Positions 1-6,018 are shown, counted from the first letter of the stretch. The stretch: 7,271 bases of DNA from a virus (IMGVR_UViG_2778261641_000002:1-7271); one strand, 5' to 3'. Notes: generated from the sequence alone by a model not told the origin. Translations and numbers: made by a program.

Positions 1-125
1 TTCTCGCTACCAGTGGCGCGAGCAGTTTTCTCGCTGTAACCCGCCCTGATAGCTGCCTGAGTGGCGTTTAAATCTTTCAGGTACTCACGGGCAAACAGCT
101 CTTGTTTGTCGGTGAGCTTTGCCAT
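1..125 (-). CDS. Terminase small subunit (P27/Terminase_2-like), N-terminal 41 codons only; gene continues beyond the window start
   Basis: Minus-strand translation from the ATG at 125-123 gives MAKLTDKQELFAREYLKDLNATQAAIRAGYSEKTARATGSE with no stop before the window edge. The NATQAAIRAGYS motif matches what I recall of this small-terminase family. GGAG lies about 6 nt upstream of the ATG. Confidence 0.7.
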   Translation of the reverse strand, partial: MAKLTDKQELFAREYLKDLNATQAAIRAGYSEKTARATGSE

Positions 126-350
126 TGTTGGCTCCGTTTATCCGTTAAAAGGGATATCAGTTAAGTTATCCCGTGTAGGGTATAAGCCATTGTCGAGACC
201 ATTCATTGAATGGCCTCTGCAATAACCGATGTCTTCATCAGTCCGCCACCACAAAGAATCTTTTTTGCCATAAGGCAAGAGATTCATCTTTCAGTGGCTG
301 CCAGTGTTATTTCCCCACTTACTGGCTTGGGTTGTTTCGCTGTACTGCCG

Positions 351-893
351 TTAATTAGTGAGTCCGGGGATTACGGTTTGCCCGTGCTGTTCAAGGCGTT
401 CAATTCTCGCCATTAGCTGAGGCTTCTTAATTTTTCCCCAGCGATTAAGCAGGCGACCTGACATGCTGGCAACATCCTTCTCTTTCATGTACTCCAGCAT
501 TACGGCATTTCTCTCTTCTTCAAATTGACGATGACCAACCTGAAGCATGGCGTACATCCAGTTAAATGCGTTGATGTAAGCAATTTTGATACGCATTGCT
601 TCTTTTTTGGTGTAGGACATAACCAAAAGCATCAACCCATCCTTGCGGAGACGGTAGAATTTTTGCGGCTTACCATTCTGTAACTCATTGTTTTTATAGC
701 AAAGCTCAAAGTTGAGCTTTGTATCAAACTCAGGAGGGCAAGCTTCTATGGTTCGTTCAATGTCACGAACTACGTTCTTCGGCAGCTTTCCAAATGCTTT
801 TGCCACCATAAAAGAATCTGTAACCGGATCGTTGTTTGCTACAAAAATTAGGTCTCTGAAATCTATATCGTTAACAACGGTTGGGTAGTTCAT
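351..893 (-). CDS. Rha-family phage regulatory protein (180 aa)
   Basis: ORF-track protein MNYPTVVNDIDFRDLIFVANNDPVTDSFMVAKAFGKLPKNVVRDIERTIEACPPEFDTKLNFELCY...YRLRKDGLMLLVMSYTKKEAMRIKIAYINAFNWM. This follows the pattern I recall for the Rha (Phage_pRha) domain: PVTTS..IA..FGK.H.NVLRDI ... NFE ... Y.LTKDGF.LL.M.F ... YI.AFN.ME. Start ATG at 893; the upstream AGG is spaced rather far (about 11 nt). Confidence 0.6.
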   Translation of the reverse strand: MNYPTVVNDIDFRDLIFVANNDPVTDSFMVAKAFGKLPKNVVRDIERTIEACPPEFDTKLNFELCYKNNELQNGKPQKFYRLRKDGLMLLVMSYTKKEAMRIKIAYINAFNWMYAMLQVGHRQFEEERNAVMLEYMKEKDVASMSGRLLNRWGKIKKPQLMARIERLEQHGQTVIPGLTN

Positions 894-1041
894 TGCGTCT
901 TTACCTTTTAGAAAGATGAGCCTGTTCGCACAGAAAAGCCGTCCCCGAGATGGTCGCCACCATATACGGCAATTCTCAGGCTCAGCTTTCTGAAAGACTC
1001 GGGATTGTTACGCGCTGCGATGCGCGGTTTACTGCAGATGT

Positions 1042-1065
1042 AAAAAAGCCCCGCGAATGCGAGGC
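1042..1065 (-). terminator. Candidate intrinsic terminator for minus-strand transcription, downstream of Rz/Rz1
   Basis: On the minus strand, a 7-bp stem GCCUCGC / GCGGGGC (one G-U pair) with a 4-nt loop is followed directly by UUUUUU (plus-strand A-run 1042-1047). On the plus strand the same hairpin is not followed by a T-run, so the signal is orientation-specific. Confidence 0.4.
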
Positions 1066-1239
1066 TAAATCCTGGTATTTGTAATGACTGGCTCTTATCT
1101 CAACGCAGCCCCTTACCGCGCGCAAGATGCTCAATATCAAGCATCAGCAATGAGATGTTTAATCTGGATTCACTCCAGAAGTGATCACCACCCTGTCTAC
1201 AGAGCCAGATGTGAAGGATGATGAGTAAAATTATCGCTA

Positions 1240-1707
1240 TCATCGAAGGCATTGCGTCCTGATGTATTCCTGAAGCGTTCTCAGTGCTGTTTGGTCGCGG
1301 ATAATTCCGTCCCGGATATCGAGAACGTTTCGTCCAGCAACTGGAGAGAGTTCGACGGTGGCATCATTGCCCATGCCGGAGGCGCTGGAGGTTTTGGCTG
1401 AGGATGGCACAGGGCATTTTCCTTTGACGAGCACCCTGCCACCATTATCAAGCTTGCGCCGAAGAGCATCATTTTCAGCTTTCGCATCAGCTAACTCCTT
1501 CGTGTATTTAGCATCGAGTGCATCAGCATCACGCTGGCGCTGTTGCATGTCAGTAATGGTGGCGTTCGCCAGCTTCAGCTCACTGACTTTTTTATCGCGC
1601 TGCTCTTTGTAGGTAATGGCGTTATCACGGTAATGATTAACAGCCCATGACAGGCAGACGATGATGCAGATAACCAAAGCGGAGATAATCGCGGTTAACC
1701 GACTCAT
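1240..1707 (-). CDS. Rz: Rz-like i-spanin (inner-membrane spanin), 155 aa from the ATG at 1707
   Basis: The ORF-track reading frame 1240..1836, taken from the internal Met at 1707, begins [23 protein letters not shown] (an N-terminal transmembrane segment) followed by a charged, coiled-coil-like region ([53 protein letters not shown]). It sits just downstream of the endolysin and contains an embedded out-of-frame Rz1. The upstream extension to 1836 would overlap the endolysin and is probably not translated. Confidence 0.7.
   Translation of the reverse strand: MSRLTAIISALVICIIVCLSWAVNHYRDNAITYKEQRDKKVSELKLANATITDMQQRQRDADALDAKYTKELADAKAENDALRRKLDNGGRVLVKGKCPVPSSAKTSSASGMGNDATVELSPVAGRNVLDIRDGIIRDQTALRTLQEYIRTQCLR
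1281..1487 (-). CDS. Rz1: Rz1-like o-spanin (outer-membrane lipoprotein) embedded in the +1 frame of Rz
   Basis: Protein [44 protein letters not shown]... has a lipobox (VAGC) and a proline-rich mature region. It closely resembles lambda Rz1 as I recall it (MLKLKMMLCVMMLPLVVVGC...PPPPPAW). It lies entirely inside Rz in another frame, the standard spanin architecture. Confidence 0.8.
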   Translation of the reverse strand: MRKLKMMLFGASLIMVAGCSSKENALCHPQPKPPAPPAWAMMPPSNSLQLLDETFSISGTELSATKQH

Positions 1708-1795
1708 GACATCAACACTCCAACGGCCAGAAACCACGGCCACGCATCGTTGCCATTGAATGCGAGCAACGCTGCCATGAAAAAGCAAATCATGC

Positions 1796-2299
1796 TCATT
1801 GTTGCCCCCACAAACAGACTTCACGCTCAATCTCACGACGAGTCATCAGACCTTTCCATTGCTTACCGCCAGCGTATATCCAGCGACGTAGCTGGTCACA
1901 TGCGCCTTTGATATCGCCCTGGTTTATTTTGCGAAGAAGCGTCGATGTTCTGAAATTGCCAGCACCCACGTTGTAGACGAACGAGTAAAGAGCGCCGCGC
2001 GCTGTTTCCGGTATATCGACTTTGATGTACGGGTTAATTTGTCTGGCAACCGTGGCAAGGTCTTTATTCAGGAGGGCTTTGCATTCTGCTTCGGTATACG
2101 TTTTACCGAGCATGATGTCTTTTCCGGTATGTCCGTGACATACAGTCCATACACCAACAATATCTTTGTATGGTATGTAGCTGACACCTTCCAGACCATC
2201 GTTACCACTTGGTCCAGTGATTAACACAGATGCTATAGCAATAGCCCCGCCACTTATCGCCGCTATTACGCTATTTCGTAGTGCCGGTGACATTGCCAT
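1796..2299 (-). CDS. SAR endolysin (T4-lysozyme-like muramidase with N-terminal signal-arrest-release domain), 167 aa
   Basis: Protein [59 protein letters not shown]... has a Gly/Ala-rich weakly hydrophobic N-terminal segment typical of SAR domains, then the E...D...T catalytic arrangement (LEG..Y.D..G.WT.C.GHT) of phage lysozymes. GAGGA lies 8 nt upstream of the ATG at 2299. The start overlaps the holin 3' end by 29 nt. Confidence 0.85.
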   Translation of the reverse strand: MAMSPALRNSVIAAISGGAIAIASVLITGPSGNDGLEGVSYIPYKDIVGVWTVCHGHTGKDIMLGKTYTEAECKALLNKDLATVARQINPYIKVDIPETARGALYSFVYNVGAGNFRTSTLLRKINQGDIKGACDQLRRWIYAGGKQWKGLMTRREIEREVCLWGQQ

Positions 2300-2474
2300 T
2301 CAATCTGTCCTCGCGCTCTTTGCGCTTGTAGTACCAGTTGATGCCAAATGTGCCGACAGTACAAAGAATACCAATGATGACAGCCCAGTCATTCAGGGAG
2401 AGAATGCCACCCATCGCAGTCAGTCCTCCGAAGCTGTAACTGAACCATTCTCTGATTTTGTCCATACGGTACAT
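2271..2474 (-). CDS. Class II holin, possibly pinholin-like, with dual start (Met1-Tyr-Arg-Met4), 67 aa
   Basis: Protein [58 protein letters not shown] has two predicted transmembrane segments (the first glycine-rich) and a charged C-terminus. The two in-frame ATGs at 2474 and 2465 are separated by a basic residue, as in holin/antiholin dual starts. It is the first gene of the lysis cassette, directly upstream of the SAR endolysin. Confidence 0.75.
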   Translation of the reverse strand: MYRMDKIREWFSYSFGGLTAMGGILSLNDWAVIIGILCTVGTFGINWYYKRKEREDRLNGNVTGTTK

Positions 2475-2480
2475 GCTCTA

Positions 2481-2496
2481 CCCCTTCATTGAGGGG
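2481..2496 (-). promoter_or_regulatory. Stem-loop overlapping the holin ribosome-binding site (possible sdi-like translational control element)
   Basis: Plus-strand CCCCT-tcattg-AGGGG gives, in the mRNA, CCCCU-caauga-AGGGG immediately 5' of UAGAGC-AUG-UACCGU-AUG. The 3' arm (AGGGG) is the only purine-rich Shine-Dalgarno-like sequence for the first start. Confidence 0.3.
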
Positions 2497-2595
2497 ATTT
2501 GCTCTATTTAATTAGGAATAAGGTCGATTACTGATAGAACAAATCCAGGCTACTGTGTTTAGTAATCAGATTTGTTCGTGACCGATATGCACGGG

Positions 2596-2631
2596 CAAAA
2601 CGGCAGGAGGTTGTTAGCGCAACCTCTTGCC
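2596..2631 (-). terminator. Candidate tR'-like intrinsic terminator in the leader of the late (lysis) operon
   Basis: A 12-bp stem (GGCAGGAGGTTG 2602-2613 / CAACCTCTTGCC 2620-2631, one G-U pair) with a 6-nt loop. On the minus-strand transcript it is followed by GUUUUG (plus 2596-2601 CAAAAC). It lies about 245 nt downstream of the candidate -10 element. Confidence 0.35.
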
Positions 2632-2845
2632 ACCCGCTTTCACGAAGGTCATGCGTAGAATGCCGCAGCGTAACTATCACTGATGAATTCAGGATAGCCA
2701 GAGGCTACGGCTCAGTTTGGGTTGTGCTGTTGCTGGGCGGCGATGACGCCTGTACGCATTTGGTGATCCGGTTCTGCTTCCGGTATTCGCTTAATTCAGC
2801 ACAACGGAAAGAGCACTGGCTAACCAGGCGCGCCTACTCTTCACG

Positions 2846-2878
2846 ATTATAGACTCAATGCTCTTACCTGTTGTGCAA
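2846..2878 (-). promoter_or_regulatory. Candidate late promoter (pR'-like) just downstream of the Q-like gene
   Basis: A perfect TATAAT on the minus strand (plus 2846-2851 attata). Possible -35 elements are poor or badly spaced: TTGCAC (plus 2873-2878) has a 21-bp spacer. The call rests on position between a Q-like gene and the lysis cassette plus the consensus -10. Confidence 0.25.
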
Positions 2879-2939
2879 ATAAAAAAAGCCACCGTTGCAA
2901 CTTAAGAGTCACTAACGGCAGCTTACCTTCTAATTATGG

Positions 2940-3302
2940 CTAAATGGCTAATTGCATGTCAAGGCTTTTAACAGCAACATGCTTAACTTTCTCAACACGT
3001 TTACGCATTTTGAAAGCATTTTGCATCGGCTGGTATAAAACAAATAATGACGCTTTCAGGATGTCGTCAATTTCGTTTCTACAGGTTGCCAGTGAAGGTT
3101 TTCTCCATCCCTCGCCACCACGTCCACACATCTTGCGTGGCTTTGCAGTCGCGTGATAGTAGGATGCAATTGCTCGCTTAGATGAACCATGAGCGTAGTA
3201 GCTGAGGAGGATGCCAAAGGCTTTCTTGTCAATGTACATGACGGAATCGACGACCTGAGAAATCAACATTCCATCATCATCATTACACATTGGCCTTGTC
3301 AT
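2940..3302 (-). CDS. Q-like late antiterminator (phage-21/QuuD-type), probably N-terminally truncated; 120 aa from the ATG at 3302
   Basis: Protein [46 protein letters not shown]... aligns, from memory, with the middle of the 127-aa DLP12 QuuD-type Q protein (…[41 protein letters not shown]…), whose first ~40 residues have no counterpart here. The in-frame upstream region hits a stop 14 codons above the ATG. The position, immediately upstream of the late promoter and lysis cassette, is where Q sits in lambdoid phages. Confidence 0.4.
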   Translation of the reverse strand: MTRPMCNDDDGMLISQVVDSVMYIDKKAFGILLSYYAHGSSKRAIASYYHATAKPRKMCGRGGEGWRKPSLATCRNEIDDILKASLFVLYQPMQNAFKMRKRVEKVKHVAVKSLDMQLAI

Positions 3303-4477
3303 AACTCTTCCCGATAGAGCATGATGATTGAGTCTGCGTCCTGTTCAATGCTTCCTGAATCACGCAAATCTGCGTTTGTCGGGCGTTTGTTTGGTCGCTT
3401 TTCAACATCGCGCGAAAGCTGACTCAGGGAGATAACCGGTGTTTTCAGGTCTTTCGCCATCGCCTTCAGGCTTCCGGAGATGTGGGCAATTGCGAGGTCG
3501 TTGCGGTCTGCTTTCGGCTTCTCAATCAGGCCAAGATAATCCGCCATGATGAGTGAGAGGTTTGGATTTTCCTGTTTGTGCCGTTCTGCGATTGAGCGTA
3601 TTTCTTCGACCGATAATCGCGAGGCATCGACTACCCATACATCCAAATCTGCAAGCTGACTCATGCCGTTAGCAACGCGCGCCCAGCCTTCGTCATCCAT
3701 CGCTGCAGGATTTCGCAGCACACTAACCGACATCCTCCCGGCGTTGGCAATGCTTCGCTCTGCAATCTGCAATGCGCTCATTTCCATTGAGAAAATCAAT
3801 ACCCCGCGCCGGACGTCAGAACCAGGAATAACGCGGCTTGCAACGCCTTCGGCAATCTTCAGCGCCAGTTCGGTTTTCCCCATACCAGGACGAGCAGCGA
3901 TTATCACCAGGTCTTCCGCGTTCATCCCTCCGGTGATGGCATCAAGTTCTTCAATTCCGGTCTTCAGGGTATCGGACTCTTCTCCGTTCCTCAGACGCCT
4001 GTCAAGCGTGTCAGTGTAGTCAGTAATGATTTCCCCTAACCGTACAGGTTTAACCTCGTCACGGGGCTTTCTGATGGCTGAAAGACGCTTTACAAGCTCA
4101 TCCATCGCCTGACTCGATGCGTCGATGGTTCCGCTCTGAATTGGTTCACGCATTTCATCCATGATTTCCAGCACCAGACGGCGGTGATAGTTATCCGCGA
4201 CCATTCCGGCATATCCCTTCAGGTTTGCGGCACTCGGGCAGTTTTTGCTGGTCATCAGGATTGAGGTGAAATGCTCCTCTCCGCACGCCTCGGCAACCAT
4301 CAGCGCGTCGATTAGGTTTCTGTTTCTCGCCTGCTTGCGGATAACCTCGAAGGCTCTCCGGTAGAGCGGAATTGAAAACGCTTCCGGCTCCAGCGTTGCC
4401 AGAACGTCGCTGGCGGTTGGTGTTAATCCACCAATCAGCAGGCCACCGATAACGCTCGCTTCGATATCCTGTCTCAT
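3299..4477 (-). CDS. DnaB-type replicative helicase (P22 gene 12-like), 392 aa; appears to lack about 45-50 C-terminal residues
   Basis: N-terminus [13 protein letters not shown] resembles E. coli DnaB IEAEQSVLGGLML. Walker [12 protein letters not shown] is present. The C-terminal region [46 protein letters not shown] aligns with Dna[50 protein letters not shown]..., but the ORF stops right after YREEL, whereas DnaB continues for about 49 residues including the GKQRNGP motif. The start ATG overlaps the O stop codon (ATGA). Confidence 0.85.
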   Translation of the reverse strand: MRQDIEASVIGGLLIGGLTPTASDVLATLEPEAFSIPLYRRAFEVIRKQARNRNLIDALMVAEACGEEHFTSILMTSKNCPSAANLKGYAGMVADNYHRRLVLEIMDEMREPIQSGTIDASSQAMDELVKRLSAIRKPRDEVKPVRLGEIITDYTDTLDRRLRNGEESDTLKTGIEELDAITGGMNAEDLVIIAARPGMGKTELALKIAEGVASRVIPGSDVRRGVLIFSMEMSALQIAERSIANAGRMSVSVLRNPAAMDDEGWARVANGMSQLADLDVWVVDASRLSVEEIRSIAERHKQENPNLSLIMADYLGLIEKPKADRNDLAIAHISGSLKAMAKDLKTPVISLSQLSRDVEKRPNKRPTNADLRDSGSIEQDADSIIMLYREEL

Positions 4478-5421
4478 GCAATCCCCCTGTCTGCAAACTT
4501 CCCTTCCCGTACTCCAGTTAACGAATCTTCCCTCAGCAGGTAATCAAAATCTGCCGTCCAGCCAGTGTCGTTGTCTCCGAAGTAAAACGGCTTGGCCTGA
4601 TGTACAAACGCCCTGACATACGCTCTGAAACCGTCCACGCTTGGCGTTTTCAGTTGCGGGATGATTTTCTTCAGGCGGCGTTTGCGTTTCTCGTTGACCG
4701 CAACAGCGTGTGGCAGTCTGTCACCGACTTCGGTGTTGTAGGCGTTCAGGAAGGATTCGTAGTCGATTCGTTCTGCCTTGCGACGTTCAGGTTTAACCTG
4801 CCCATCGCCGCCCCCATTGGGGGGTAGGGGGGTATTATTTATATTCTTGTTAATACCTTCTTGTTCATGATGTGCGGTTGTTTGTGCGGCTTCATGTGCG
4901 CTTTCATGTGCGGCATGTACGCTGAAAGCCGCGCCATTACTGGCTTCATCATGTGCGGCATCATGTGCGGTTGTTTGTGCGGCTTCATGTGCGGGTGAAT
5001 TGTCCATTTTTTGAGCGTATTCATGGTAATTTGTGATGGTGATCACACGACCTTTTTGCTTCTCTCCATCAATGGAGATCATCCCCTCTTTCACAAAAAC
5101 CTGAAGCATCCGCTCAACCTGATCACGGCTTGCCGGCTTGCCATGCCTGTCGCATAACTGAAGACCTAAATCAGCTGCTGTCACAACCAGTTGACCGGGT
5201 TGCAGATGCCATTCATGACCTTTGAAATTCGCTTTGTATGGCTTTCTGGCGGCATTCAGGAGAAGGTTTTCCCACAGGGTGCGAAGATAAACATCTTTCG
5301 CCCATGACTGTTTCAGAATGCTCCGGTACAACGGAATGTAACCAGTTTTCTGGTTCTCCATCCTGTTGCTCCTGCGCTCGTGTGCGGCGCTGAAATCGTA
5401 GATTTTTGCTGTATTGCTCAT
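4474..5421 (-). CDS. O: Replication initiator, lambda O-like N-terminus, 315 aa
   Basis: N-terminus [10 protein letters not shown] resembles lambda O MTNTAKILNF. The middle of the gene encodes a His/Ala-rich repeat ([41 protein letters not shown]) that coincides with a DNA iteron array, as for ori-lambda inside O. The C-terminal domain (…[29 protein letters not shown]) does not resemble lambda O, consistent with partnering a DnaB-type helicase rather than lambda P. Confidence 0.85.
   Translation of the reverse strand: MSNTAKIYDFSAAHERRSNRMENQKTGYIPLYRSILKQSWAKDVYLRTLWENLLLNAARKPYKANFKGHEWHLQPGQLVVTAADLGLQLCDRHGKPASRDQVERMLQVFVKEGMISIDGEKQKGRVITITNYHEYAQKMDNSPAHEAAQTTAHDAAHDEASNGAAFSVHAAHESAHEAAQTTAHHEQEGINKNINNTPLPPNGGGDGQVKPERRKAERIDYESFLNAYNTEVGDRLPHAVAVNEKRKRRLKKIIPQLKTPSVDGFRAYVRAFVHQAKPFYFGDNDTGWTADFDYLLREDSLTGVREGKFADRGIA
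4819..4860. other. AT-rich tract plus G6-TA-G6 element adjacent to the iterons (putative origin unwinding region)
   Basis: TATTATTTATATTCTTGTTAATA (4833-4855) lies directly downstream of the iterons in the O-gene sense, matching the iterons-then-AT-rich layout of ori-lambda. It is flanked by GGGGGGTAGGGGGG (4819-4832) and the near-palindrome CCCCCATTGGGGG (4811-4823). Confidence 0.5.
4866..4994. repeat. Iteron array of the replication origin inside the O gene: eight TGTGCGG cores at exact 12-bp spacing in two clusters of four
   Basis: Plus-strand TGTGCGG (or TGTGCGC) begins at 4871, 4883, 4895, 4907 and at 4952, 4964, 4976, 4988, with one degenerate copy TGTACGC at 4917. A 31-bp perfect direct repeat ATGTGCGGTTGTTTGTGCGGCTTCATGTGCG occurs at 4869-4899 and 4961-4991. 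Confidence 0.7.
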
Positions 5422-5423
5422 AA

Positions 5424-5696
5424 CTACCTGCCTTGACGAAAGACCTTAAGAACATCGTTAAACTGACTTACGGATATGTCTTCTTTGAGAAGCTTTTTCA
5501 GAAATGCGTTTGGAATTAACGTATATCCCTCCTCTTTTGGTAGAGACTGGAGCAACGCCCTCGCCTCAGCCTTCAGAAGCTCAGTTCTGGCAACTTTCAC
5601 AAAAGAGATTTGAGTTCTTTCATCAATGGAACGAAGGAAGCGCAAACGCTTAGCTTCTTTGTGTGTATCAGGTGGATTAAAGCCTTTGTTTCGCAT
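5424..5696 (-). CDS. Hypothetical protein, 90 aa, between cII and O
   Basis: The ORF-track frame 5424..5864, started at the internal ATG at 5696, gives MRNKGFNPPDTHKEAKRLRFLRSIDERTQISFVKVARTELLKAEARALLQSLPKEEGYTLIPNAFLKKLLKEDISVSQFNDVLKVFRQGR. A strong ribosome-binding site (GAGGTAA) lies 5-10 nt upstream. The gene is tightly packed: 22 nt after the cII stop, and its stop is 2 nt before the O start. I do not recognise the family. Confidence 0.5.
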   Translation of the reverse strand: MRNKGFNPPDTHKEAKRLRFLRSIDERTQISFVKVARTELLKAEARALLQSLPKEEGYTLIPNAFLKKLLKEDISVSQFNDVLKVFRQGR

Positions 5697-5718
5697 ATAA
5701 TTACCTCGTTGGATGTTG

Positions 5719-6018
5719 TTAAAAATCCATCTGGATTTGTTCAGAACGCTCGGTCTTGCACACCGGGCGTTTTTTATTGGTGATTTCATCAAGCGCATAC
5801 TTAAAAGCCCTGCTAATCGGACTGATGTCTGATGCCATTCCGAAAGCACACAAGACCGAAGCAATAAATCTCCAGTCCGTTCTGCTTATCTTCGATTCAT
5901 GACAGCCAATCATCTTTGCCAGACCGCGCTGGGTAAGCGTTGACAGGTTGATGAGTAAATCTGTTTCTGCGCGATCAACGTCGCGCTGTGATAGTTTGCT
6001 GTAACTTGTTTGTTCCAT
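5719..6018 (-). CDS. cII: cII-like transcriptional activator (lysogeny establishment), 99 aa
   Basis: The C-terminal region ...DEITNKKRPVCKTERSEQIQMDF matches lambda cII ...ILTNKKRPAATERSEQIQMEF as I recall it. A helix-turn-helix-like segment LTQRGLAKMIGCHESKISRTDWRF is present. The gene is immediately downstream of cro, as in lambda. Confidence 0.85.
   Translation of the reverse strand: MEQTSYSKLSQRDVDRAETDLLINLSTLTQRGLAKMIGCHESKISRTDWRFIASVLCAFGMASDISPISRAFKYALDEITNKKRPVCKTERSEQIQMDF

Noticed and set aside
210-416. 68-aa plus-strand ORF in the Rha-terminase intergenic region
   Set aside because: No ribosome-binding site, low-complexity product, overlaps the 3' end of the Rha gene on the opposite strand, and is antisense to the local transcription direction. 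Most likely a chance ORF.
986-996. CTTTCtgAAAG as an additional cI/Cro operator outside the immunity region
   Set aside because: Shares only a short CTGAAAG core with the OR-like sites, lacks the GTAC arms, and is isolated. Most likely coincidence.
1358-1612. 84-aa plus-strand ORF antisense to Rz/Rz1
   Set aside because: Lies entirely inside the well-supported Rz/Rz1 genes on the opposite strand. Ser/Ala/Leu-rich product typical of antisense reading of a coding region.
1707-1836. Upstream extension of the Rz reading frame ([11 protein letters not shown]...)
   Set aside because: Would overlap the endolysin 3' end by 40 nt and lacks the N-terminal transmembrane start typical of Rz. The internal ATG at 1707 puts the transmembrane segment at the N-terminus.
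2039-2492. Plus-strand ORFs (61 aa and 91 aa) antisense to the endolysin and holin
   Set aside because: They overlap genes with strong family signatures on the minus strand; no ribosome-binding sites; judged spurious.
2475-2939. Possible tRNA genes or toxin cargo (stx-like) between Q and the holin, as seen in some Stx phages
   Set aside because: No T-loop-like GTTCGA(A/G)TC motif or cloverleaf-compatible sequence found by eye on either strand, and no ORF of useful length. The region is better explained as promoter, leader and terminator.
2944-3156. 70-aa plus-strand ORF antisense to the Q-like gene
   Set aside because: Antisense to a gene with recognisable homology; no independent support.
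3663-4019. 118-aa plus-strand ORF inside the helicase gene
   Set aside because: Antisense to the DnaB-type helicase; Ser/Ala/Pro-rich low-complexity translation typical of a non-coding frame.
4191-4496. 101-aa minus-strand ORF overlapping the helicase 5' end and O 3' end
   Set aside because: Alternative frame across two genes with strong homology; Arg/Gly-rich product; not credible.
4866-4994. CRISPR-like array
   Set aside because: Repeats are 7-bp cores at 12-bp spacing inside a protein-coding gene. This is far too short for CRISPR repeats and spacers and fully explained as origin iterons.
4600-5024. ORFs in alternative frames across O (75 aa on plus; 61 aa on minus through the iterons)
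   Set aside because: The 61-aa His/Pro/Met-rich product is simply the iteron repeat read in another frame; both lie within the O gene.
5213-5455. 80-aa minus-strand ORF overlapping the O start
   Set aside because: Out of frame with the O N-terminus, which has recognisable similarity to lambda O; no ribosome-binding site.
5697-5864. N-terminal extension of the 91-aa ORF (the 146-aa version in the ORF track)
   Set aside because: The extension overlaps the cII coding region in another frame. cII homology is strong, and the internal ATG at 5696 has a good ribosome-binding site.
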